NCBI RefSeq assembly: GCF_964204645.1
Contig: NC_134025.1
Location: 17,707,101 to 17,771,100 of the forward strand
Origin: Tubulanus polymorphus
Taxonomy: Eukaryota > Animalia > Nemertea
DNA: 64,000 bases
Direction: 5' to 3'
The position numbers and the translations under genes are program-made. Under the pieces are notes generated by a model. It worked only from the letters and a program-made list of their open reading frames with translations. It had not been told where the DNA came from and made no database searches. Position 1 is the first letter of the stretch. The number at the start of each line of letters is the position of its first letter. Positions 50,919 to 61,782 of this stretch are shown here, one piece after another.

Positions 50919-52600
50919 TTGACTGATCTCTCTATTTCAACCAGTAAGCGCGGCAGGACTGGTGTGGGCGGGAACGCATACGCATGCATCCCCGACCAGT
51001 CCAGAAAGAAGGCATCGACCCCCCACGCTTCTGCGTCTGGAAACGGGGACACAAACAGAGGACACCTCCGATTGAACCGGTTGGCAAACAGATCCAGCAG
51101 CGGATTGCCAAACATGCCCCGAACCCGATCGGCTACTTCTTGGTGGAGAACCCATTCTGTCGCAATAGCCTGACCTCGACAAGACAGAGCATCGGCCATC
51201 ACGTTCCTTTTCCCTGCTAAATGTGCCACAGTCAGGGACACGCCCTTTGTCTGGCACCAAAAAAAAATTTTGGCCGACAGACCTGTGAGGGTTTCTGAGT
51301 GAGTGCCCCCTTGGTTCTGAAGGTAAGCCCTCACTGTTGAATTGTCTGTGGCTAACCAAATGTGGTGGCCCTCCCCTCTCCTGTGAAAGAACTTCAGGGC
51401 CTTCCACACGGCCAGCATTTCTAGGAAATTTATGTGGTTGGTGGCCTCGTAGCGAGACCATCTCCCGGCGTTGACTCGGTTCTCCAGATGTGCCCCCCAT
51501 CCTTGGTGACTGGCATCCGTGAATACACGAACTGGAGCCTCTAACGGGGCTAGTGACACCCCGAGCCGAAGATTCGTAGTTGCCGCCCACCACTGAAGAT
51601 CCGGACTTAGATCGGTTGGAGGTACGGGAATCAAGGCCTCCCAGTTGACCTTTGACTGAGACCAGAAGACTTTCCAATATTGTTGCAAGCGCCTGCTTCC
51701 GAGGCGGCCTAAGGGCACCACCAGACCCATGGAGCTGATGGAGCCTAGAAGCCGTGACCAGTAACGAGCTGTTCTCGGGGTTGTTGACACTCCCGCTACG
51801 ACTTCTTGAAGTTTGGCTACTCGAACCATAGACGGAAAGACTTTGCCGATTCGGAGATCGAAGTCCATGCCGAGATAAGTGAACTGTAGGGCCGGCGTCA
51901 ACTGAGATTTTTCCCTGTTTACGCGGAACCCTAGCTGATGGACTAAGTCCAAGACTGAGGTCATTGCCTCCCGACATTCCTGAGCCGAATTCGCGACTAT
52001 TAACCAGTCGTCGAGGTAAACGAACAGTCGAACACCCCTTGACTGAAGTACCTTCTGAACTGACTTGACCAACTTGGTGAAAACCCACGGGGTCATACTG
52101 AGGCCAAATGGAAGAGACCTGAATTGGAACTGGCGGCCTTTCCACTTTATCCTGAGAAATCGCCGAGATTTTGGGTGAATTGGAACCTGAAAGTAAGCAT
52201 CTTTCAGGTCCAATGAAGCCGCCCATTGACCCGGACGGAGCCCTTGAATCACGTCCTTGGGCTTGATCATCCGGAACCTTGGAAGTCTAGGTGCCGATTG
52301 AGGAATGACAGATCTATCACTGTCCGTTGACCCCTGTGGCCTTTGGTACCATGAATATTCGAGAAAACCAGCCGGGAGAAGTTCCGTTGCAAACTGGTTC
52401 TATCGCTCCTTGAGAGCGGGAGAGATTAAGGCCTCCTGACCTGGTTTTGGCCGCATGTCGGGAGGTGACCTCATGAGGCGCGGTCGCCTTAGGAAACAGA
52501 GACGGTAGCCACGAGAGACAACCCGGGAGGGCCAACCGTCTCCAAAAAGGTCGGACCAGTGGGTTGCTGCCTGCTGCAGACAACCTCCCACTGGTCCCAA
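50705..52600 (-). CDS. DIRS RT, RNase H and adenine-methyltransferase-like domain (N-terminus frameshifted; 521-aa open part 50705-52270)
   Basis: FSRIFMVPK, LDLKDAYFQVPI, LPFGL, YLDDW, FTDAS..GWGA, HINFLEM.AV, TDNSTV, N.MADALS, DLFA, YAFPP. Confidence 0.93.
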
Positions 52601-52604
52601 GAAT

Positions 52605-54838
52605 TCATTTCGAGTTTTTCCGAAAGGAAGAGCCCCTTTTTGGAGCCTTCCCCTTGCCTCGATACGAACCGGAACTGTTACGACCGGACGAGGCTTGACA
52701 CGATTGTTGAAGTTGCGCGCTAGTTCTCCAACCCGCATCCGAAGCCGCCTGAAAAAGCGCTGAAGTTTGAGATGGTCCTGTTTGCGTCCGTGCCGAACCT
52801 TGCGCCGCCGGCGTTGGACCAGAACGCTTTTTCCACGGAGTTCGGGGGTTGGACTTGGCCTGAACCTCCCGAATCTTCCTCAGCTCTGCGGAAACCGGAG
52901 CGCACCAACCGGAGAAGAGACGTGAAGATGTCCCCAATGGGGCTCTCTGCAAAGCATTGGACACCATATCCGGTAGATGAGTTTTGGAACTGGAGTCCAT
53001 CACTGACTGACGGGAGGCTAACACAAGATTAGCCTGACCCCGAACCGACAACGGAATAACATGCGAAACAGACCGAGCCAAAGATTGGATAATCCGGTCC
53101 ATTCCCTCCAGTTTTAGGGCAACTGACTCTGGGTCGGAGCCCGCATGAACGGCGGCGTGAGTCTCGCGAAGCTCACCCGTCAACACCTTAAGTGCCATAT
53201 CTTGAAACGAACCAACCCTGGTAAGATTGTCTAGGATTGACGTCATGGCCACCAAACCAGACTTAGGCAAACGAATACCCGACTGTGCTGTAACAGTATC
53301 CGGGCTGATCAAAGTATAATCAGCTTCCAGGCAGTTATGACTGTGATCCACAGAACCTGGAGTTGCGTAATACGCCGAGCGAAACGCGCCCATAGGTGGA
53401 TCGGTTGAACTAAAATATTTCCCAGATTTCATACCCCGTTCTGGAGGGGAAATGAAAATGTTCCAGGCCGACATTCACCCCATAATTGTGTATCCAATCG
53501 AGCCCATTCTCTCGAAACCGCTGACGATTCCCGTAAAACATTAAGATCGGAGTCCGGAGAGCGATATGCTTCCATTGACTCACCGACCAGAGGAGCTGCC
53601 GTGGGCTTAGCGCGAGTTGCCCCGTGCTTGACAAAGAACTCACTTATCATCGCTCTAAATGGCATGTCCCCCGCTGGTTCGGATAAAACTGAACGGGACG
53701 GAGATACATTGCGAGCCAGGGAAGCCCCCATCGTCTGGGGCAACCCACAATTGCTCGCGACAGGAACGACCCCAGAAGGAATTGCCGCTTCTGGGACCGG
53801 ATCCTCATTGAAATAAGACCCTACCGCAGCATCCAGGAATTCAGAGTCAGAATTCCGAAGAACTGAGTGGGCTGGCGAACTTCTAACCGGACAATCAGGA
53901 ATAGGCTTACCTGTTGTAGAGGTTGCAGCGACTTGTTGCGACGAAGATAACAAGTTTAAAATTTTCTCCTCAAATACATGGTAATACTTCTGAGTCAGGT
54001 ATTTTCTAGTATCCCGACGATCATGCCGACTTCGGTGACGGTCCCTCGAACGGGATCGCGACCTACTAGAAGAATCGCTTTCATCGCTAACCGACGTCGA
54101 CGAACGATGAGAAGACCGACGGCGAAACTTCCGACAATAACGATCGTAGTCCCTCTCACGATCAAACCTTGATCTGCGAGAAGGACATCTTGCTCGTTTA
54201 TTACGCTCACGGCGTCTAAATCTAGTGGGAGAGCGAGCTCTATCACCAGAGCGACGATCAGAATCAGACGATGAACGTACCGGATGTTTTGAACCGGACG
54301 ACGTCTGGACCGGACCGATGCCCGACCCGGACCGGACCGGTACCGACCGAACCGGTGCGGGCCGTTCGCGACTACCGCGGCGCGCGCTCGGTTCCGAACA
54401 TGTAGTCTGAACCGGCCAAACCGGTGAACGACCAGAGACCGGTGAATGACCGGAGACCGGTGCCGGTGAACCAGCGTTCCTCCCCGGTGAACGGAGTTGG
54501 GAAGCCGATCGTACCTGAACGACCGGCGACCGCTCCGCTTTACGATAAGAAACAGGATTAGAAACGTCGGTTGGCACGTCGGCCAAAACCGACGAATCCC
54601 TGCTAACTCGACGATGATCTCTTAGTTTAAGAGCCTTATCGGCCCTAAGCCAAAGGTCCTCGGACCACACGTCGCAAATCTTGCAAGGATTGCTCCTTGC
54701 ACATATTTGACCGGATTTGCGCCTGCACGACGCACATGAATCGTGGTTGTCCCAGGCGCCAAACAAATGCCCACATCCCTCCCCGCCACGATGCTGACCC
54801 TTAGGAGGGGGTGGCATAATTATCCTGTTACAAATCAA
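52605..54838 (-). CDS. DIRS ORF1 (gag-like), split by a frameshift near 53450
   Basis: N-terminal Cys/His cluster CGH....D.HDSCASC...C....PCKICD.W, an Arg/Ser-rich middle, and APL....LF near the C-terminus. Confidence 0.75.
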
Positions 54839-55368
54839 AACAATTCAATTCAATCAAATTATATTTGTAAATAAAATTCTTACGGAAAAATAGAAACCAG
54901 GGATAACCCTCAAACCGAACGGACTCACCGTTATGAGAGTGAAAACTCCCTAATATCCTAATTCCCAGATTTTTACGGCGAAAAAATCTAACGCGTTCTA
55001 CTGCGAGAACGCCAAAAAAAAGATGGCGGATTTCGCCGGTGGCTAAATGCAATACCGCAGGGCCGGGTCGTATAGAAAAACCATTGACGATCAATCCAAA
55101 TTTAGAAAATATTGGCAAAAACCATAGGAAAGGGTACAGTACTCGACGGAAATATGAAGACTTACCTCCCTTCCTTGTATATGTATCATACCCAATGAAT
55201 AGTGGAAGTTTGCACGCTATGGTTTCTTCGTGTACCTTGACACCGACGGTACTCTTATTTCACCAGTCAGTGACCAAAGTATCAAAATGTAACATGCTTA
55301 ATAGTAATTGCCAATACACAGCTTGATATTTTACAAAATGGCATAATAATTCCAGATCTATTCTAGTC

Positions 55369-55845
55369 AATTGTCAATGATATTTTCTGTGGTGCAAATA
55401 AAGACATTCCTCCCAAAAGCCAAATCAACGAAAGATTTCACAGAAATCGATATTGAAATACAATTTTAGATCTAATAATAAAACCCGGAAGTAAAACGGT
55501 AGACGATACCGCTGGTTCACGTGAACACCTGCTGGTCTCTGCGGCTAAGCCAATCATAGAGGAGTCTTTGCTTTCTGATTGGCTTTTTAAAACAGATATT
55601 TTTGCGATCAGAATTTCACGAAAAAGCTCATTTTTACGAGGCCCTCCTTCAAAATTCAGCTTCATAGGGGTTGGAGAATGGATAATGCTCTAAAGAATGA
55701 TTTGTATGAATATATGCTCAGTTGCACAGTCAATGGGCCTTAGCTCTGGAAACCATGTCATTGAAATTCGCTCCATTTGTAACCATTTCATTTAAATTCG
55801 CTCCATTTGTATAGTAATAAGCTCAGCCTACGGCTGGCCTAAAAA
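55369..55845 (+). mobile_element. 3' half of HINE family A
   Basis: Direct repeat of ~14933-15379, including the 3' hairpin CAGCCTACGGCTG. Confidence 0.75.
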
Positions 55846-56349
55846 ATTACATAACTAAATCAACAAATAAGTAAAGCTTTTAACGAAATTCAATAGGGTT
55901 ACAGATTTCATTACTGCATTGAGTGTTTTGAAAGTTTCCAAAGAGAAACAAAGCCTTCACAAGTTATTTGTACCAAAGAAAGCAAGTGCGTATGTGTTAG
56001 CAAGAATGAATTTTAGCTAAAGCGAAAGTCCATAATAAAGACTGCCAAAAACTTGAAACAATCTTCTATCATTACAGAGAGTGCCATCATTTTGTAAAAA
56101 TCTTCAGAGCAATTTTCTGATTGTTTTAGTTCCTTATAACATTAATCTATTGGGAAACACCTAACTTGAATTCGCACAAATTTTCAGAGAAACTCTGCAG
56201 ACAGTCTGAGCAAGCGCATTATATTACATATTACATGAAAACAAATTTTTAGCACTGAACTGCATGACTCCTATGACTTACACCTTAATATTCCATGCAT
56301 CATGACTAGTTGATGATCTACTTATGATGTAAACTTATTAGTGACTCAC

Positions 56350-56532
56350 CCAAGTAAGCAAAAGTTGCTTCTATCTGTTCTGAATTTAAATCGATTTTCC
56401 AAGAGTCGCCAAAGCGAGATGAATGATTTAATAAATCATTGTTTCCATGACCATCTATCTCCTGATGTGTGTTACGTTGAAGTTGGTATTTCGATTTAAA
56501 AGATTTATCGACATCATGACTGCAGCACAAAC
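56350..56532 (-). CDS. Candidate internal exon of an unidentified gene
   Basis: tttttcag|...|gtgagt; 183 nt, phase 1-1, no stop; LCCSHDVDKSFKSKYQLQRNTHQEIDG...IEATFAYL. Confidence 0.4.
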
Positions 56533-58857
56533 CTGAAAAAGGTTTGAGGGTAAATGTTATTTGGAGAAACCAGAATTTCTATATAGCCACATCGTCATAT
56601 TATTTCATTGATGTTGTTCCGGGAAATACAGTTTCACTAGTGACCAACTGCAGAACACAATGGAACCATAGTACTGAGTGTTTCAAACTGCCAAGCATCA
56701 GTTGACGCATACATGTATGGTACAGCCTAAAAATAGTTTCCATCCTAAAACACGCCAGTCTTGCACAAAAATATCAAGAATATTAAGTTTTGTTTTGTAC
56801 TTGCCTAGTACATACAGTCATGCTTTACACGCGTTTTGGAGAGTTGAAACAGGACAGTCTGGGCAGAAATACAATTCAACCAATCAGATGTGTATTGTGT
56901 ATCCATATTCTTAACCAATTACATGTATTGCATTGAACTACAGCTTAGCCAATGAGATTTGTCATGTGTCATCTTTTTAATCACCCACATGCATGTTTTA
57001 ATCTGCTCAACACATTGGGCACCATGTAACAGCCTTTTTGGTGAGGCAGTTCTGAGTGTGGTAAATTTTGACAAATGATGCATTTAGTTTAAGTTTTTTG
57101 CCGCAAAGGACAATTTAGCCAGTATTGTCGTAAGCATGTCGACATGCCAGGTATGGTACAATCAAAATCTCACCTGAAAATTCGATCACATTTAATCTCC
57201 ACAAAAACCTTAATGTATGATATACCATAGACACTACAACACCAACAACATTTTGTCAATACTCAGCCAAACCAGAATTTGCCTTTTGCTGAAAAGTTTA
57301 TCGGTATTTTCAAAAATTTTCCAGTAGTTCAAACCAGATGACGTTTTAAGAATCTGTTTAAATATGTAAAAAATATGTATTCGGCTAAGTTACGACGAAC
57401 AAAAATTTTGTTTTCCCAACTTTTGACAATGTACTAGTGCGCCATCTTCATCTTAGCACTGATGGCGCACTAGCACAGTGTCATATTGAGAGTATAATTA
57501 GAGTTTAGAAGTATGACTCCGAGAGATTTGAGAAAGAACGATGCAATTTGCCATAGAACTATGCAATTTGCCATAAAAATGATTAAGTCTTTCCGTTACT
57601 AAATTTTTTTCAGTATTTTCAGGCATAAAGATCCGTAAAAGTTTTCTAACATGCGGTCCATGGACAATTAAACTTCGTTGAGAAAATCAGAAGTTTTGGA
57701 AAAAGGAGCAAGAGTCCCACCTCCACCTCTTTCAAAAATCAGAAGTTTAATCTTTCAGCTCTATTCCGTGGCTATGGCAATAAACTACTGCTTTGTGAAG
57801 TTTCAATAACCTATATACAATAGTTTGGAAGTCACAACAATTTAATTTCATTCAAATTAAAATCGTCTGGCACACACAGGATTTGAAATTAAAGCTGCTG
57901 GCAGGTTAAAGGTTGATTATCATTTAGAATTAAACCACTTGGTATTTAAAAGTTATGCTCATTTTCTGGGCTTAATTTCCCCAAGTTTAGCATGAGCTAA
58001 AAGATTTTCTAGTAATTCCTAACCCTTTTGCTGCGCACACGATTGCAGCACCCCGTACGTACCATATTTTCCCAAAAATTGTGGAGAATGTTGTATTTAG
58101 TGGTGGTGAATATTGAATGGAATATTGAATTGAATGGACAACGGATTAGTTAATTCAGGGAAGTGTGATGAGATGGAATACGGGCGCTTTTAATTGCCGG
58201 ATGTAGGCTATTCAATTCAGCCCGTACATCAAAGGTTACCGCAACAGCAGTAAGCTACCCTTATCGAGTGTGTGTTACCAGCTGAACACCAGTCAACAAC
58301 AACTTTGATTTGGTCGCAGAACAACCCGCAATAGTTTTAGCCCGATAAATGTTCTGCGATCGATACTACGCATGCGCACTGCAGTTCATTGAACAACGTG
58401 GAAGTGGCTGTGTATACACATATTTTTCTTTAGAAAATCGGTTGAAATTCAACAATTTCTCGTAAAATTTGTCCAAAAAGGTATGTATTTTTATTCTTCT
58501 ATATCTCCGAAACCCGGTATCGGAACATTAAGTATTTATATTGTGATTAAAGTCTGTTTTTATGTGTTAAACATATGTTTTTGCCAGTTCGTTCCGATTC
58601 CGGGTTTAGCGTTATTTGGGCCTTGAAGATGTCAAATATTTCGGCCCAGACTCGCGCAGCTTTCGTTTCTGACGTCATGTTGCTATGTTACGACACAAAC
58701 ATATACACGAAGTGATCTTTAAAATGTGTATTTACTACATAATAATGTTACTTAATAACGCTTACATTAGGTCTACAAGTTATTGTCCCCCATATAAACC
58801 AAGTTGCCTAAATAGCATCGGCAATCTCATTTAATTAACCTTTTCTTGTTTTTAGTC

Positions 58858-59090
58858 ATGGATCTTTGTCGATTGTGTGGAAAAAATGCGAAACCTCCGG
58901 ATCGTCGTCCTATCGATAAAAATAATTTCAAAAGCCATGTGAAGGAGTTGTTCAACATTGATTTTGATGATGATACTGAACAGTACCCGATATATATCTA
59001 ATATGTGTCGTGTCAAATTACAAAAATGGCGTAAGAACAAAAACGTTAAAAAAACTGTCCCTGTGACTATCAAATTAAAACAATGGACAT
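58858..59090 (+). pseudogene. 5' remnant of a gene with a RAG1-N-terminal/Chapaev-like zinc finger
   Basis: 5'-UTR intron 58481-58855 (GTATGT...TTTTAG), then MDLCRLCG...FKSHVKELFNIDFDDDTEQYPIYI[frameshift]NMCRVKLQKW...KQW. Confidence 0.65.
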
Positions 59091-59689
59091 GTAAACCACT
59101 GGTTAATTCCAAGTCTGGACGGCGACGTATTTGTAGTCAAAATTTTATCGATCGATTTTCCATAATGTACTGCTGCCATTCCATTTGAACTGAATTTAAA
59201 TACTCGATGGTTAATCACTTCAGTCATAGCCTTTTCCAAATATATAGTGTTCCTGCGAAAATAATAATAATGATTATTATTTTAACATGTACTTATCTGG
59301 ATTTTTTATATTATGTTTATATATTATTTTCTGTATTCGTTTATTATTTTATAACCTAAAAGGATTGTATTGATTATAAAAATAAATGTAAAAAATACCT
59401 GTATGTGTGTTTTCTCGTGTTCAGATCGCAGTCTCTGGTCAGCTGAGCCTGAGAAGTAGCTATATGAAAAAGAAAAGGAAAGAATAAAGTGCCTGCAATT
59501 AGGTGGAAACTATTCCGATATTTCATTGATTCAAAAGGAATAACACTCACTAGAATCGGCCGAATTAGTTGATCCTGATCCAGAGGATTCCCTTAATATT
59601 TCCGTATCGATCTGAACCAATTCGTCACTATCAAAGAATAGTTCGTCAAAATCGTCATCATTTATAATTTCGTTGACAACCGTTGCCAT
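59075..59689 (-). CDS. Three-exon orphan ORF (exons 59689-59551, 59459-59399, 59252-59075), probably 3'-truncated
   Basis: GT-AG introns with compatible phases (1, 2) splice to a 125-aa stop-free frame: MATVVNEIINDDDFDELFFDSDELVQID...YLEKAMTEVINHRVFKFSSNG... Confidence 0.6.
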
Positions 59690-59715
59690 TTTAATACAGC
59701 GGAAAGAACCGATAT

Positions 59716-60120
59716 CACGATTGATAAAACACTATATCCGTCTGAAGCGATGTAGAGATCGCACAATGATAACGAAAAAGTCCAAAAATGTTAGTAGTAT
59801 ATTCAACGTTTCGTCTATGTCCTAATAGTCATCTTCAGAAATAATGAATACTACAGAAATTATGAGAGATATATACAATCCAGAGACAAAGAGACTAATT
59901 CAAGTAATCACAGATGATACAAACTAAAGGAAAATTAACGTAGAAACAGTTACACGCTAAAACAGATTAAAGAGAAGCAGTTAAGAGACAAACTAGGGGG
60001 CACTTAAATTTAAGACAATTGTGAATACAAGTTGATCGACTAAAATTGATGAGGGGAAATCAGGTTTGAGTTTAACCAGTTTACAGAGGAATTTTTATAT
60101 AAGTTTATTATGGGATGAAA
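59716..60120 (-). mobile_element. Solo 3' tail of the Penelope-like element 1 family
   Basis: Colinear with ~26887-27400 (with deletions) and flanked by the 9-bp direct repeat AACCGATAT. Confidence 0.85.
59798..59845 (-). ncRNA. Hammerhead ribozyme motif (sister of 26982-27030)
   Basis: CTGAAGA-T-GACTA/TTAGGACA/TAGAC-GAAAC-GTT, with one mismatch in helix II. Confidence 0.6.
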
Positions 60121-61782
60121 AACCGATATTCGGAAACAACTGAATTATTACGGAGATTCCCGATCTCGCTGGTTATCGCTTATCGGCGCGTTACGTAACA
60201 AAGCGTTCGCCGACGAACCGTTATCGGCTTTAGGGCAATTACAACGCACATTCGACAAGAGCTGCACAATAGCGTCCGAATTCCATCTCATCACACTTCC
60301 CTGGTTAATTCAATATCGTTCGTTTATTTGCGAAAACCCACGGTGTCCTTTTATGTTACCCGTCGGAGTAGTTCCGATTATAAGAGCGTAAGCAAATCAA
60401 ATGCCCTGTCCCGAATATATTTTCAATTAAATTCTGATGTTGCATTATTATTGTGTAATGAAGTTTTGCATTGATGAGCAGATGAACAAGTGGACTCAAA
60501 GAAATTGTCCATAACCCACGTAATAGGCATTTTGATTTTTCAAAAATTTTTCAAACCCCCGCTCGGGACTTCGCACCAGCAGCTTTGCAAAAACGGAAGG
60601 TATGCCCTTTTTTCCTGATGTCGGACCAATACAAAAATGAAGGATACGTCACTGCCTAAATAAACAAACTATACACCAAATTAGAGATACGAATCAGGGT
60701 TACATTTCAGAATAACTTTCCTCGGTTCAGAATGGTGCGTTGAGGTCATGTGACCAATGTCAGCCACCATGATTTGAATTTACCACAGAAAATTTCTGGA
60801 ATCGAAGCCTTGAAAAATAGCAATCCTCAAAATAGAGCCAATTTCCATACAGAAATAGATAAATACACTTCTTTCCTATGGTATGATGACAAAAGAATTT
60901 ATTTGAACAAAATATTTCATAGAAATATGGTACAAAAATATAGAGCTCGACCATGAACAATATCATACTGGTGGGGTAATGTTTGATCCGAGTGGCCCCT
61001 GGGCAGATGATGATAAAAGCTGTCATTTGTGTTGTCCACTTCATCAGAATCAGTCTATGAAAGATTGAGAAACGATTTTGTGTTATCTACTTCAAATGAA
61101 ATCCTAATTGCTAACAAGATGTATCTAGGTCACTAGACTTAAGGTACCCCCTAGACCTACTGAATCAAGAGAGTTATCGAACTCTATTAATACCTTAATT
61201 AACAGATTATCCCACTCCTGATACCATATCAGAGCCATTCTCCCCATTTGAATTGAATATCATCTTTTCACTTCACTGACTGTTAGTCTCCATTTCAGTG
61301 CCATTTTGCCTTTTGTTTTACCACAAAAATTTGCCGAAAGTTCACAAAGCTTTTAAATTCTCTCACAAAATCTACCTGAGCACCACCTGGTAGATGTTTA
61401 CTAACACTAGGAAGCTTTCAAATGCATTAAGGTTAGAGTCCTGACATAATAATCTAATATTAAGTGGCCCACTTCGGGGAATAGGGGGCATATATTCTGT
61501 GTATGTTTTACTGGCTTCCTGGAAGGGGGTGCGTACTGAAAGGGTTAAAAGCAGAAGATTAACAGCCACAGCAAAAACTGAAAGAATGGTTGTACAACTT
61601 ATTCTATATGTATTGAAGATACCTCCTCTGTTTAATAGGGCCCTATGCGGCAAAATAGTAGATGGTGTTCGGGCGAAATAAATTATTTCACTAGGCCTGA
61701 AATGAATTAAATTAACATTTGAATTTGATAACTATCATAAAGACACACAAACGCTATTGAAAAAAAAAGTAGATGCCCAATT

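Larger units (their letters stand above)
49357..55155 (-). mobile_element. DIRS1-type tyrosine-recombinase retrotransposon, structurally complete but coding-defective
   Basis: 120-bp ITRs (49400-49519 and 55017-55136), an internal complementary region at 49578-49675, and gag-like, RT/RNase H/MT and YR ORFs. No TSD. Confidence 0.95.
58156..60303. mobile_element. Internally deleted two-gene TIR DNA transposon (7-bp TSD; P- or hATw-like ends)
   Basis: 33-bp TIR CAGGGAAGTGTGATGAGATGGAAT(A/T)CGG(G/A)CGCT; TSD GTTAATT at 58149-58155 and 60304-60310. Confidence 0.88.
58023..61544. mobile_element. piggyBac-like non-autonomous element hosting nested insertions
   Basis: CTAA|CCCTTTTGCTGCGCAC...GTGCGTACTGAAAGGG|TTAA. 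The termini have the same style as those at 17880-18132. Confidence 0.45.

Noticed and set aside
50018-54410. Numerous plus-strand ORFs within DIRS
   Set aside because: They are antisense ORFs expected in GC-rich coding DNA, with no motifs.
58156-60303. Bona fide ProtoRAG/RAG1-RAG2 transposon
   Set aside because: The TIRs lack the CAC heptamer-like start, the TSD is 7 bp rather than 5, no RAG1 core is present, and the second gene shows no kelch or PHD features.
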